64,000 bases of DNA from Eledone cirrhosa (lineage: Eukaryota): assembly GCA_964016885.1 (NCBI GenBank), contig OZ024742.1, forward strand, positions 135,532,001 through 135,596,000. Reading direction: 5' to 3'. The notes below the pieces were generated by a model. That model saw only the letters and a program-made list of their open reading frames with translations. It made no database searches and was not told the origin of the DNA. A program made the translations under genes and the position numbers. The first letter of the stretch is position 1, and every line of letters begins with the position of its first letter. Positions 1 to 13,527 of this stretch are shown in pieces.

Positions 1-787
1 TTACCATTCCACCGACTGCTGCTATGCCCTCTGACCACCTCCCAGCACAAACAGACACACAGCACTCCCACTGCTTGACCACTTCCTGTTGCGCGCGCAC
101 CCCACATCTCTCCTCTTCCGACCATCTCTTCATGGAATACTCGTATGCGGAACTTGACCACCACGGAATCCAGTAAACATCATAGGATTTTACCCACTTT
201 TTAACCATCCTCTTACGGAATCACCTATATAACTCACCCACACACACACCCCCAACATTTCTTTTTCTCCACACGCCAGCTACATCCACAACACGCTTAA
301 AACCCACACACACGTGCTTTCCACCACATATTTACACCCTCAGCCTCCTGATTCCTCTCTCCCCCCACCCCTCTATCCACACACGCACAGACACTCCGAC
401 CTACAAACCCCTCCACACACACCTCTTCCTGAACATGCAACCCCGTTCTTCCCCCAACCCTTACTTTCACATACACACACACACACACGTACACCTACAC
501 ACACACACCACGTTCAGCCCTCCCCGCTCGGACACCCGTCTCCCTCTCCCCACTCCACCCGCCACCACCCCTACACACCCACACCCTTCCACCACCTGTT
601 TTACCCCCTTTTTAATTTCAGTTTATTTTGATCATGCTTTTATATTTCATTTTATTTCATTCCTTGTATTTTGATCATGCTTTATTTTTATTTTTATTTT
701 TCATTTCATTCGCACCGTTTCCTTTCGCTATATGTCTCTCCACCACTCCCCTACACACCCTTTGAACTCTGTTCCAACACACTTCTC

Positions 788-819
788 ACCTGAGGAAGGG
801 CTTATGCCCGAAACGTCGT
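788..819 (+). ncRNA. Minimal type-I hammerhead ribozyme motif at the end of a probable PLE 3' UTR/pseudo-LTR
   Basis: CTGAGGA-A-GGGC-TTAT-GCCC-GAAA-CGTC, with palindromic ACGT stem III and a GUC site. Stem I is only 2 bp. About 90 nt of unique tail follow, then (TA)n. Confidence 0.6.
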
Positions 820-909
820 TCCCCACCACCACCCCACTCTCCAGAGCGTGAAATTAATAAACATTCGTTGTACTGCCTCTCTGTTTTGTTCCTGTTCAAA
901 TTTTTCCAT

Positions 910-967
<58 letters not shown>

Positions 968-1586
968 AGACGCTTTGTAAATGTATCAATGTATGTATTT
1001 ATGTATGTATATATGTATGTACGTATGTATGTTCTTCTGGTTTTATAATTTCACAAAGTTTTACCAATAGAGAGAGAGTCGGTTTCTAACATAGACACAA
1101 GACTCTCTCATTGTAATTTACACAACATCAACTAGGTAGGTATGTATGTATGCATGTGTAGATATGGATGTTATTGTATGTGTGGATGTGTATGTTTTGA
1201 GTTGTATGTGTGCAGGTGTGTATGCTTTGCATCTGTATATGTGTATATGCAGTTATTAGATGCAACATTTTTAGAATGTCTTACATATTTTACTGTTCCA
1301 TTAATGGATTGTACTTGTAATTTCCTAACTATTTGTGTTCTTTCTGTTCCTGTGAAGGCTAGCTTCTCAAGATTTCTATTGAGGCAGTTACTATCCTATC
1401 CAAGTGCCCCGATAATATGGCGTCTTTAGAGTCATGCGTGGTTTCATATATGTATATATGTTTGTCTTTGTGACCGTGTGTGTGTGTGTGCGTTTATTGC
1501 ACACACACACACCACACTCACACATATAAATACATGCATGTACTCGTGTTCATATGCATATACATACATACACACACACACACATT

Positions 1587-1937
1587 ATATATATATATAT
1601 ATATATGTGTATATATATATGTGTATATATATATATATATGTGTATATGTATATATACATATACATATATATATATATATACATATATGTAGATGTATAT
1701 ATATATATACATATATGTACATGTGTAAATTTATATATATATATATATATACATATATGTAGATGTATATATATATATACATATATGTAGATGTGTAAAT
1801 ATATATATATATATATTTATATATATACATATATGTAGATATATACATATATATATATACATATATATACATATATATATATATACATATATGTAGATGT
1901 ATATATAATATATACATTGTGGCTTTCTAAACTACGC

Positions 1938-1980
<43 letters not shown>

Positions 1981-2072
1981 GATGTATTAAAGGACTTGAA
2001 CATCTGAAACAACTTCGCTTTTCCTTATTCAATATATACATATATATATATATATAAATATATATATATGTA

Positions 2073-2125
<53 letters not shown>
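1587..2125. repeat. Interrupted (TA)n microsatellite
   Basis: Read directly from the sequence; source of the IY-repeat ORFs. Confidence 0.95.
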
Positions 2126-2341
2126 TTGTGTACAGCGGGTTAAAAGGGGCGTCAAAATGTTGAAGCAGAGACAGGACATGTAGCCAAGTAAGGACAAAAG
2201 TAGACAATAAATCGGCCCCACTCAATGTATTTGCCAAGTGTGAGAAAGTCAAAGTAGAAGAATTTGACCTTTGGCAGGTATTTCATCGTTAATCATTTCA
2301 ATAATAGTAGCACCTCGGGACATAGAGTCTTTTGGATACAC

Positions 2342-2451
<110 letters not shown>

Positions 2452-2483
2452 GTGTGTGCGTGTGTGTGTGTGTGTGTGTTTAT

Positions 2484-2542
<59 letters not shown>

Positions 2543-2602
2543 ATAAATGAAACAAAACAAAGCACCGGAAGCAAAGTTGCACAGTTACATTAGGTTCACA
2601 TT

Positions 2603-2660
<58 letters not shown>

Positions 2661-2869
2661 CATATGTGTGTGTATGCGTGTGTTTGTATGTGTGTGTGTG
2701 TATTGAAAGAGGGAGGGAGAGAAAGAGAAAGAGGTAGATAGACAGACACCGGAAGTCAGATAGTTAGGTAAGTACGTAGGTATGTGGAAAGTGTGTAGGG
2801 TTACAGATGGCTTGATAACTCTATAGATAAATATGGATTGAGAGATTGACATCCACACGCCATACACAA

Positions 2870-2902
<33 letters not shown>

Positions 2903-3159
2903 CATATGTATATATAAAATTATGTATAAGGAGGAGGGGCTGTGTGTTTACTGATAACGGGTATTAGAAGGTAAGGAGACACAAACAAGAGATGGACAGT
3001 CTCGTGTTTGTGTGTGAGTTGGTGAGAGTTTGGATATATTTACAATTGTTAGTTTGTGAGTTCGAATCCCGGAACTGACACGCAGACAAGCAAATATAGA
3101 CATACACACGCATACATACCGACAGAGTAAGACAGATACACACACACACACACACACAC

Positions 3160-3229
<70 letters not shown>

Positions 3230-3346
3230 ACGTATATATATATACATGTATGTATCTATGTATATATATATACATGTATGTATCTATGTATATATATATA
3301 TATATATATATATAAGATTAAAAGATGGTTAAAGGAGTTCCATGTA

Positions 3347-3413
3347 TTTTATTATGCGCATTTCAAAAACAAACATCATCATGCAATAATATTTGTGTTT
3401 TCATCAGATAAAA
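3347..3413 (-). ncRNA. Type-I hammerhead ribozyme
   Basis: Minus strand: TTTTAT-CTGATGA-[AAACACAAATATTAT/ATGATGTTTGTTTTT stem II]-GAAA-TGCGC-ATA-ATAAAA. Stem I is 6 bp, stem III is palindromic (ATGCGCAT), cleavage triplet AUA. Confidence 0.8.
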
Positions 3414-3459
3414 CAGGAGAACATGATATGAAGGCTGTACTACAATAAAACTCACCTCC

Positions 3460-3527
<68 letters not shown>

Positions 3528-3557
3528 AAAGAATAGAGGTGTAACACACAATTTATG

Positions 3558-3969
3558 ATATATTGGTAAACGGAAAAGAAAATGCTGACGAATTGTTCAC
3601 AGTGAAAAATAGTTTAATTAGGAATAATTGAGAATTAGTAATAGTATTGGTTAGTATTCACTTTTGGTTTTAAGTTTTACCGGTTGCGCATTTCTAATGC
3701 TTTTCAAAAATAATTTTGAGATAGAGCATCCGTGATGTTTGCTCTAATCTAATTAGAGCAAACATCACGGACGCTCTATCTCAAAATTATTAGAGCAAAC
3801 ATCACGGACGCTCTATCTGAAAATTATTTTTGAAAAGCATTAGAAATGCGCAACCGGTAAAACTTAAAACCAAAAGTGAATACTAACCAATACTATTACT
3901 AATTCTCAATTATTCCTAATTAAACTATTTTCACTGCGAACAATTTGTCAGCATTTTCTTTTCCGTTTA

Positions 3970-3977
<8 letters not shown>
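3558..3977. mobile_element. Fold-back (palindromic) PLE pseudo-LTR-like mini-element between (TA)n tracts
   Basis: About 190-bp inverted arms (3558-3748 / 3752-3977), with a ~38-bp duplication in the right arm. Variant hammerhead TTGAAAA-GCATT-AGA-AATGC-GCAA-CCGGTA at 3830-3859. Confidence 0.7.
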
Positions 3978-4044
<67 letters not shown>

Positions 4045-4103
4045 AAGTTGGAATACTCATTCTTTGTTCCCATTTATTATAATTATAATCTCTCTCTCTC
4101 TCT

Positions 4104-4191
<88 letters not shown>

Positions 4192-4559
4192 ATTATAATC
4201 ATAATAAATGGGAACAAAGAATCAGTATTGTATCATATACATATTTAATTACATATTACATGTGTTTCACTGCTGATCAGTTCGAGCAACGATCGAATAA
4301 TGCTCGTTCCCAACTCTGGAATCGGAAGCTCCTCAAATATGTGTTCTCACATGTAAACACACGTCCATTATTTGATCGATCCTCGAGCTGATTGGTAGGG
4401 AAACATATGTAATATGTAATTAAATATGTATAAGTTGGAATACTCATACTTTGTTCCCATTTATTATTGTTATTATTGATATTCTTCTCCCCAACTACTT
4501 TGAGTGCTTTTCTTGGCATACCGTCTATGGACGGTGTGATCTCTCAATTCGTAGAAGTA

Positions 4560-5230
4560 GCAGCTCTACCTGGAGTGAATTCTGATCTCCGAAATACGCA
4601 ATCTACCGAGTAACGTTTCTCCAGATAGGTGCACCCTGGCGAGGTGGTGGGAATACTTTGCTGGGCTCCTAAACCCGATCACAACAGCAGCATCTGATAG
4701 ACACGAGTTGCTTCTGCCAGCGGTGTTTACTCTCCCGGAAGCTGAGGTGACTAGAGCAGTTAAAGAACTCAAATGTAGCGAGGTCGCTGGTGGAGAGGAA
4801 ATCCGGCCCAAGATGTTAAAACCCTTTAATAGAGAAGGTAATCTCTGGCTAATCGTGTGTACCGTGTGACATTGATTTCTGGAAAGGCCCCTAAGCAATA
4901 GCAATCGGGAATAATGATCCCAATTTTCGAAAAGGGAGACAAGATATATTGTTCCAATTACAGAGGGATCACCTTGTTAAACTTCACCGATAAAGTCAAT
5001 GTTACGTGTCTAGCAAAGAGTTGCAGAGAGATTGTCAAGTCCAAGCTAGCTGATGAGCATTGTGGTTTTCGTTTCAGATGTAGCACAGCCAACCAAATAT
5101 TTACACTGCGGCAGCTCATCAAGAAATTGTGGAAGTATTGCCAAGAGATATATTCTTGTTTTGTAGACCTCGGAACGACATATGACAACGCACCCGGGTT
5201 GGAAGTAGTATCACGACTAGCAGGTGTAAA
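4560..5230 (+). pseudogene. Degenerate LINE (RTE-like) reverse transcriptase fragment
   Basis: ORF 4914-5321 contains IPIFEKGD..CSNYRGITLL, CGFR..STANQIFTLRQL and FVDL..TYD, the N-terminal RT motifs of non-LTR elements. Confidence 0.85.
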
Positions 5231-6689
5231 ATCTCTCTCTCTCTCTCTCTCTGTATATATATATAGAGAAAGAGCGAGAGAGAGAGAGAGAAGGGAGATA
5301 GAGGAAAACATACATATATAAGTACATACATACATAGAAAGGGTAGATCTGTATGTATATCGATAGCTTTGTAAGTAGACTGTCAGTTAGATGGATAGAA
5401 ACATAAACTCCTCTAACGACAGTAGATTGGAGTGTGTGGTATATTTGGTTATTATCACTAACCGTTCGTGTAGCTGCCTACAGACTTCCCATGAACGTAT
5501 GATATTATTTCAGGGATATTTGACTGCTTTTTCTAGCAGCCCAATAGGTCGCATAGAGGATTTCTAAGACAAAAGGTTATTTTAATATTTGTCTGGTATT
5601 TCTATCGGGTCAAGTGAAAGCATAGACTCCTTCTAAGATAGTAGCGTATGACTTGATAGTGCTTTCATTGCTATTGAGATGAGCACCGGCAACCTCGAAT
5701 CATATCTTTCAGTCTTAGGAAAGTAAAATAGGATGTGAGGGCTATTTGGTTGCTAATTTTAGCATAGACGCCTTCTAGGACAGTAGCTTATGTTTTGCGC
5801 CACAATTTTTAACATTTCTCTGATAATAGGATGAGACTTGGGGGATATTTGGTTGCTATTTCTAGCATGATGTACCACCATGTAGAACTAACATCCACCT
5901 CTCCACTGGTTATCTGACAAAAAAGTAATTCGTCATTAGAGGGTGGTTTAGTTTCTCCCCCTTTATTATATTTGTTCTGTCATACGGAAAATAAATTAGA
6001 TAATTACCAACATTTATATTTGAAAATAAACCATTGTCATTTCCATTTTGTCTTCTTTATAAAACAACATTTAAGTGTATGCAGTATCTGCGTGTTTGTG
6101 ATGAAGTTTATTTCTATTTGTATATGACTATATGTACGTATGTGTCTGTTTGTGTACGTGCATATTTTAATTGTGTGTATGTATACGTTTCCATGTAGGA
6201 ATGTTTTATGTTTGAGAGTGTATGTTCATTTGCGTCGATGTGCATGTGTGTTTGTATACATGGAATTAATAAGTATGTGCAAGGGTGTATGTTATATTTT
6301 CTCTTTGTTATATTAAATATTTTCTAGTACATTGCTTGAAGATTCTGTAAACAAATTTGTCCTGAGTAATTACTAACGAAATGCTAGCTAAATACGGAAC
6401 AATACACTTTTATTGTGATTATGGTGACTCATTTACTGAAGGACATTTACCTATGTGGGTGGCAGTATTTATCGGCCGTCCGATTTAACACCAGCACTTC
6501 GGTATCGGGTGCCTTTATTGTAGTCCCCTCTCTTGCAAGCATTTGGACCAGCTCTCCGAATTAACGATAAATTAATTCGCCCTCCTTTTTTTCCAGGCTT
6601 GGAGAGTTAAGAAATGGTGGAATGCTACTGTCCGCACAACCGTCTAAGCGAAAAAAAGATATTCACGTTTTTGCTAAATTATCATTATT

Positions 6690-6790
6690 ATTTGACTTTG
6701 CCTTTCATCCTTACGGGGTCGATAAAATAAAGTACCAGTAATGCACTGGGTAATTGCTGGCCTTGTGCCTAAAGTAGAAACAATTATTGT
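6690..6790 (+). mobile_element. SINE family A, 3' half
   Basis: TTTGCCTTTCATCCTTACGGGGTCGATAAAATAAAGTACCAGTAAT...GCTGGCCTTGTGCC, shared with the copies at 15091, 29265 and 59657. Confidence 0.85.
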
Positions 6791-7859
6791 TGTCGTTTGC
6801 TTTAAACAGTCATATTTCAGAAAGCTTCTAAAAGTATGAAGAAATGGAATTTGGGGAAGTTCGTTTTTCTTTTTAAACCATTTTTTTTTTTAGGTTTTTT
6901 TTTTTGGGGGGGGGGGGGTAGGTGAGTGGGATTGGGTGGTTATTTAAATTTTACCCCATTTCTTAGAGGGAAAAATCTGTCGCAACTTATTTTGTCATGT
7001 TCTGTATATATTTCTACATATCTACCATAGTTAATTTTATTCTCAGTTTAACATGGCACATCAGAGGAAGATTTAAGTTTTGCTTTGGTGATAGCAACGG
7101 TAAAAGAATATCTAAGGATGATTCAAACACGCAAACAAATAATTAAAAATAACAGACAAAATAATGATAAAACAAACAGACCTACTTGTAAACATATATT
7201 AAATATTAGAAGTATAATAACGCAAACTTTAGCTGTCAGTAAGCAGATTAACAAGCCACTAACAACAAAAACTCATCTTTTTCTAATGGTTGGCTTATAG
7301 GGAACTCTTCAGCATGAGTCATTTCCAGGAAAAGAGTGATATATATATATGGCAATATGTGTTCCATTGAGTTTCATTGAATAGAAGTTGGACGGAAAGT
7401 AGGATATATATGTGTAGCGGAGAACAGTTAAACTTTGACGTGCCCTCGAAAAGGAATTTAAAGGGAACACTAGTTGACCCGTGACAGAAAGTGACCTCTA
7501 CCGTCTGTGATACAACATATTGAAGTGTTCATCTGGTCTGCTTATGAGGTACATGGATAAAGGAAATACGATTTTAGTGCTAGAGCTATAAGTACAGACG
7601 TTTTGCCACATTCGTGGCTTAATTCCAGTTAGTAGAGAATGTGGAGCTGACCCGCAACAATATGCGTAGGTTTGAATATGCATGAACTACCATGTCTTAG
7701 TGACCCTTAAAAACTACAAAGATATCGCGGAGTTATATAACAATGAAAAAGTGGAGATGAGGTCAATCTGTATAATGAGACTGATTGAAGAAAATGTAGG
7801 ATCATTCTGCCAAGAAGAACGGGAAAAGTGCAAGAAAGTGTGTACTCAAGAAAGTACTC

Positions 7860-8180
7860 AACAAAAGAAATAACGATGGCAAGATTCTCTGGTGAAGTCC
7901 ATGATGTTACTGACTCCAGCACTGAGGAATGCAGTTGTATGAATAACCAGAATGGATGCAGAAATTAACGAATCTGCCTTATTCTCAATGTCATCGAGTG
8001 TTTCAGATAGGATTTCTTCGTATGCCACACAGCTAGGCAAGTGGCAATGGACAGAATTTTGCTCTTGGTCGTCTTGTAGTGATGAAGCCTTAGAGACTGG
8101 GGTAAGGTAAAAATCTACCTGGTGAATAAAGTAATGTATGACGGACGAAAACAAGAGAATTGACCCGAAGTGAAACAAAT
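7860..8180 (-). pseudogene. Highly decayed CR1/L2-like LINE RT C-terminal remnant (tentative)
   Basis: Weak resemblance (YLTP..., ETLDDIENKA, HRYF) to the CR1-type LYK..IRP.LEY..W..LD.IQ.KA region; frameshifted. Confidence 0.3.
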
Positions 8181-8704
8181 CTGTTAAACGGAATCCACCA
8201 ATGGACAGTTCCGGTCCGTTTGCCTTGCTCCAGATGCAGTCATCTGAATTAGTTGCAAAAATGTAATGTAACAGCCGAATAACGTAAATTGGGACATGCA
8301 GAACACTGGGATGAATGAGGATTAGCTAGGAGACGAATAGAACTAAACGAAATATTATAGACTATTGGTGCAAATCCACATTAAAAGTCAATTAACTGCT
8401 ACGAGAAAGCTATCCGAAAGATAGATCGGCGTAATCTGAAGATGTCCTATGTAAATTCATATTTGCAGAAGGTGATCGGAGTGGTATGTATTTGGTGTTG
8501 CAGTGTGTCCTGAACAAGGAGGCAGTCACAAAAAAAACAGGTCATCAAAGAGCGAATAAATATAGAAATATGTATCATAGGAAACTTGTTAAAGGTAGCT
8601 CACATCTGATGAGATAATGTGATTATGACGAACCAACGACAATATTATAACAGCCGAGCCAATGAAAATGCTATATATGTTTTTTGTGTATAATTATCAT
8701 ATAC

Positions 8705-9093
8705 TTTTTTTTTTTTTTTTTTCAAAATATATTCAAAAGCCAAAACACAAACCTTATTTAGTAATAAAAAATAAAAAAGGGGAAACAAAGGAAAGCAAGA
8801 ATAGGGAAATATAGAAACAACTAGAGAGAAAGAGAGAAGAAAAGGAACGGGAAAGGGAGGGGATGGCAAGAGCTATCGTGTCGCAGAAAAGAGGGGTTGG
8901 TGGGGAGGGGCATCGGGCCTAGGTCAAGCGGGCAAGAGTACTGCGCCGCGCTGACAAGACGGCAAAAGTATTCCCCCGGACGAAGGCCCGTGACACCCGC
9001 TGCATAAACCACCAAACCTCGCGAGGCTCCCTCCTCAGACGGACCGCCGACGTTCCGATCTTGCGGAGGAGCTCAGCAGCATGGGGTCCAAGT
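8705..9093 (-). mobile_element. 3' end of a CRE-like non-LTR retrotransposon with poly(A) tail
   Basis: Minus-strand translation LGPHAAELLRKIGTSAVRLRREPREVWWFMQRVSRAFVRGNTFAVL resembles the CRE C-terminal 'QR.S.A..RGN' motif. A pyrimidine-rich 3' UTR follows, then an A-run (T-run at 8705-8722). Confidence 0.6.
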
Positions 9094-10494
9094 AAGCTGA
9101 TGTCTTGACTGTAGTTAGTTACCGATTTAGTTACGAATTTCCGCTGGTTTAATTTTTCTTAGAAATGTTTCTAAGAAATATTTCTTAGAAATGTGCTAAG
9201 AAAATATCTTAGTCTCAATTTTCTGCTGAGTTTATATATATCCACAAATCCTTTTTAATACTACCATCCAAATTTCATTCCTCGAAGTTCTGTACGTCTT
9301 TGTGTATGTTTGTCTTTCTGTTCTAGTGTAGACGTCTGTATATCGGTCTGTTTCTAAGTAATGCTTTATATCAATGTGTTTGTACTGACGCACATCTAAA
9401 CCGATACATATACCCACACAATCGACAACAGTCTCACTAAATGTTCCTTTTATCTCTTTCACTGTTCTTATCACCACATCACGCCAAGTTTTAAAATATT
9501 TCTGGCAACTTCAAAGCAACAATCCTACCAGCCATGGAACATTGTCTCCCATATCCTGAAAGATTTATTTACTTTAAATAGAACAAAACATTCATCAGTA
9601 GACCAATCTTAAATTAATTTCAAAATTGTTACTGGAGTAACCTTTGGTTACACTCAAATACTTTTCAATAATTCAAGAGACCATTAATATGTCTATTTAG
9701 ACATTGACTGATCAAACAGCTTACCAATTGTTAATAATTTACAAAATCGAAAGCGGTTTACGTATTTGGCGGTAAAGACATAATTAGACGAAAGAACAAG
9801 CAAACAAGCAACATGGCAAAGGAAAGCTCATATCTAAGTTATATACTGGCTGAAAACTAATGGTTTCCGAACATTACTAAGATAAAAATAAAACAAATAA
9901 TGACCAGGTGCTGTAGAATAAATAAATAAAAATAAGACTTCCTATTTCATGGTCCAGTGAGCAGACATCTAAATATGTGTTCTATGTTTTAATTATGTGT
10001 GTGAGAGAGTGAGAGTGAGAGAGAGCGAATTGGATGAGTGTATTTGTATATGCGTATATATATATATGAGTGTGTGTGTGGGTGGGGGGTTCAATCGTAA
10101 TTTAAAAGCAACAGAAATAAGAGCTAAATAATGTAATAGGTTCTACTCATTAATTAGCGTCTAAGATTTACTTATTTACTTGCGTTACTAGTTTCCGTTT
10201 TTATGACACAAACATATGACCATGCCTGCACACACATACATACACAAACTAGCGCATTCACCCCCACACAGAAACAGGCGGATTTATACATAGTCATATT
10301 TATTGACTATATATAAACATCTGACACAGGCTCGATTTTTAATGAAAATACTATTCTCATTATTTTCATATAATATACTTGTATGAAACTAATTTAATGT
10401 TGTATAATGCTATAAGAAATTCGAAATAAATTTTAATTAATTTCAAATCAACCTCAAATTATTATCAAAATCTCTTAATTTCTTTCAATATATA

Positions 10495-10544
<50 letters not shown>

Positions 10545-10676
10545 CTTCATTGTAATAAGTGGAATGGTCGTTGAAAATACTCTCGTTGGTGGAAAGACGG
10601 GAAAGCCTCAACGAAAATAGGAGCAATTCCTTCCAGCAAGACCTGAATAATAGAATTCGTTCTATTAAGGATTATA

Positions 10677-12469
10677 ATGCCGTCCATTTATTACAATGAA
10701 GCTCTTGCTCGAAGTGGATTTGTCGAAAAGGTAGCATATACAGAGTACGAAAATAGACCTAGAAGAAATAGATCCCGTCGAATTTGTTGGTATAACCAAC
10801 CATATAATATGGAGGTGGCCACACCATTAGCTAAGATCTTTCTTTCCCTCATTACGAAGCATTTTCCCCCTACACATAAATATACTAAAATTTTTAATAG
10901 AAATACTATTAAAATTTCTTACTCTACGACTCCTAACCTTGCACATAACATCACAGCTTCAAATTTAGCTTAACTACCTAGCCGTAGGAACACGTGCAAC
11001 CCTGTAGTTAGTACCTACTGTAATTATAGGAATCGGGTTGATTGCCCCCTATCCGGGAAATGCCTCTCTAGTAACATTGTCTACAAATGTAAGATTGTAA
11101 CACCCACGTCCCGTAGGGCCTACATAGGGTTAACCGCCAATAGATTCAAGCAGCGTCTTTACATGCATACCCATTCTTTTCGTTACCCTTTAAGAAGGAA
11201 TATGACGTCACTTTCAGCTTATATCTGGAGTCTAAAAGACAACCACACCCAATATAAGTTACACTGGGAGATCCTAGCTGGGGCTAGATCGTATAACGGA
11301 AATAAAAGACCATGTGATCTCTGCGCCGCTGAAGCCCTGGAAATACTCTACGCCACAGACCACATATTAAACAAAAAATCTGAGGCAATTTCGGCTTGTA
11401 AACATAAATTGCACAAAACTTTCCTGTACTAAAGCCCCACGTTATACCCTAACGGATAGTACGATCTATACGTGGATATTTTACGTCTTGATGTGGGAGC
11501 TAAGTATAAGTTTTGTTTATACCATTACTTATTTGCATAGGTAAGTATATATTACCCGTATGTTTTGTGAAGGTACGTATACCTTCTCGTACGTATATTT
11601 GATTGTTTATGTTATGGCGTATAGTTTTATATATTCTGGCACATATCGTTTGTCCATGTGTATACGGGAGTTTTGCGTCTGTGTGAGTATGCAGGTTCGT
11701 ACGTATGTAGGGTGTGTGTATATGTGTACTTCATGTTTTGGTTGACTTACGTCTCCGAACATTCGTGTATTTACATGTAGATATGTGTGTGCGCTTGTTA
11801 TAATACGTATTTATTTATTTATATACGTTTATATAATTATTTATTTATTTGTATACACGCATACACACACACACATATTTATATGCGCGTGGTTTTGTAT
11901 ACCTATGGTAAGTGTTTTGTGTACGCTTGTGTATATACGTATTTGTTTGCGTGTATGTATTTATTCATTTCTATTACTTCTGTATTGTATTTATTTACTT
12001 TGTTCTTAACTCTGTAGCGGAGATTCATTCGGTTTCCTAGTTAGAATTTTAGTCTACGACTTCTGCTATACCATTTACGTGGTTTTGGCTTTGCGTGCTA
12101 TTGTTCTCCCCGCTCCACATATGACGTATTATCTTCGTTTTTTTTGTTCATTGCCAGAGAACGTCTCTATGAACGACCTAAGAGAACATTAGTCTACGGC
12201 CTCTTTTATACCATAAACGTGGTTCTGTCTTTGCGCGTAATTGTTTTTCACCGCGCCTATTAATGACGTATTATATTCGTTTTTTTTTCTGTTCTTTGCC
12301 ACCGAACGTTTCCACGAACCAAAGTATCGTCTTCCTGTCTTCCTGCGATTGCAACGTTTTTTAAATATCCAGTTCTGCGTTTACAGATTGACTTTGTTAG
12401 TTTCAGAAGATCCCGTTAAGGGTGAAAGCAGCGATTCTTTGCTTAAACTTTAATCTGTTATTTTAATAA

Positions 12470-12470
<1 letters not shown>
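10677..12470 (+). mobile_element. 5'-truncated Penelope-like element (RT thumb, linker, GIY-YIG, 3' UTR)
   Basis: ORFs 10677-10973 and 11163-11432 are one frame broken by a single stop: WYNQPY..KHFP..KIFNRNTIKISYS..C NY RNRVDCPLSGKC..IVYKC..YIGLT..FKQR..CDLCAAE..LNKKSE. Homologous to ORF 45716-47401. Degenerate hammerhead at about 12404-12435, then (TA)n. Confidence 0.9.
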
Positions 12471-12529
<59 letters not shown>

Positions 12530-12534
<5 letters not shown>

Positions 12535-13460
12535 TATGTATACGTGCATACATATATGTATACAGACGTACAGTAGTATATATATATATATTTATATACA
12601 TACATGAAGACATATATATATGTACGTATGGATTCACCGAACATTTATTATAATGCTCGGTGTGTTTGTAAACAAACATCCCGAATTAAGCCGTACAGTG
12701 TCTAGTAACCATCGTTGCTCATTTGTTCAACACTGAAAAAGGAACGCTGTACTAGTTTCAAGCTTATTAGCTATCGTCAACTGTCAGATGGTTGAACGAT
12801 GGTTGAACGTCTGAAAGTATATACTTTCCTTATGCATATCAACGGCTGAGCAGCCTAATTTGCATATCAAGGGATTTAATCGGCCGGGGTGCCGAAAACG
12901 ATAAACGGAAAAAATGAAACGAAATTTCATTTCTCACTCTTAGTACGGCTGTTACTTAAATATAAGTATGTATACGTACATACATATATGTATACAGACG
13001 TACAGTAGTATGTATATATATATATATATATATATATACATACATGCAGGAATGTATATATATATATATACGTACAGGCAGGAAGGTATACGTTGCTGAC
13101 GATAGCTAATAAGCTTGAAACTAGTACAGCGTTCCTTTTTCAGTGTTGAACAAATGAGCAACGATGGTTGCTAGACACTGTACGGCTTAATTCGGGATGT
13201 TTGTTTACAAACACACCGAGCATTATAATAAATGTTCGGTGAATCCATACGTACATATATATATGTGTGCATGTATGTATATATATTTATACATACTCCT
13301 GTACGTCTGTATACATATATGTATGTACGTATACATACTTATATTTAAGTAACAGCCGTACTAAGAGTGAGAAATGAAATTTCGTTTCATTTGTTCGTAT
13401 ATATATATATATATATATACGAACAAATGAAACGAAATTTCATTTCTCACTCTTAGTACT
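12530..13460. repeat. Nested inverted/direct repeat cluster of one short family (also at 21107-21430)
   Basis: 12530-12780 is inverted relative to 13095-13342, and 12912-13010 is inverted relative to 13298-13392. AATGAAACGAAATTTCATTTCTCACTCTTAGTAC recurs at 12913, 13426 and 21108. Confidence 0.8.
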
Positions 13461-13483
13461 CTTAAACTATTGAATATAAACCG

Positions 13484-13527
<44 letters not shown>

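Noticed and set aside
5420-5885. Recurrent ATATTTGGTTGCTATTTCTAGCA motif (also near 57640 and 58507)
   Set aside because: Probably a decayed dispersed repeat; I could not define its boundaries or type.
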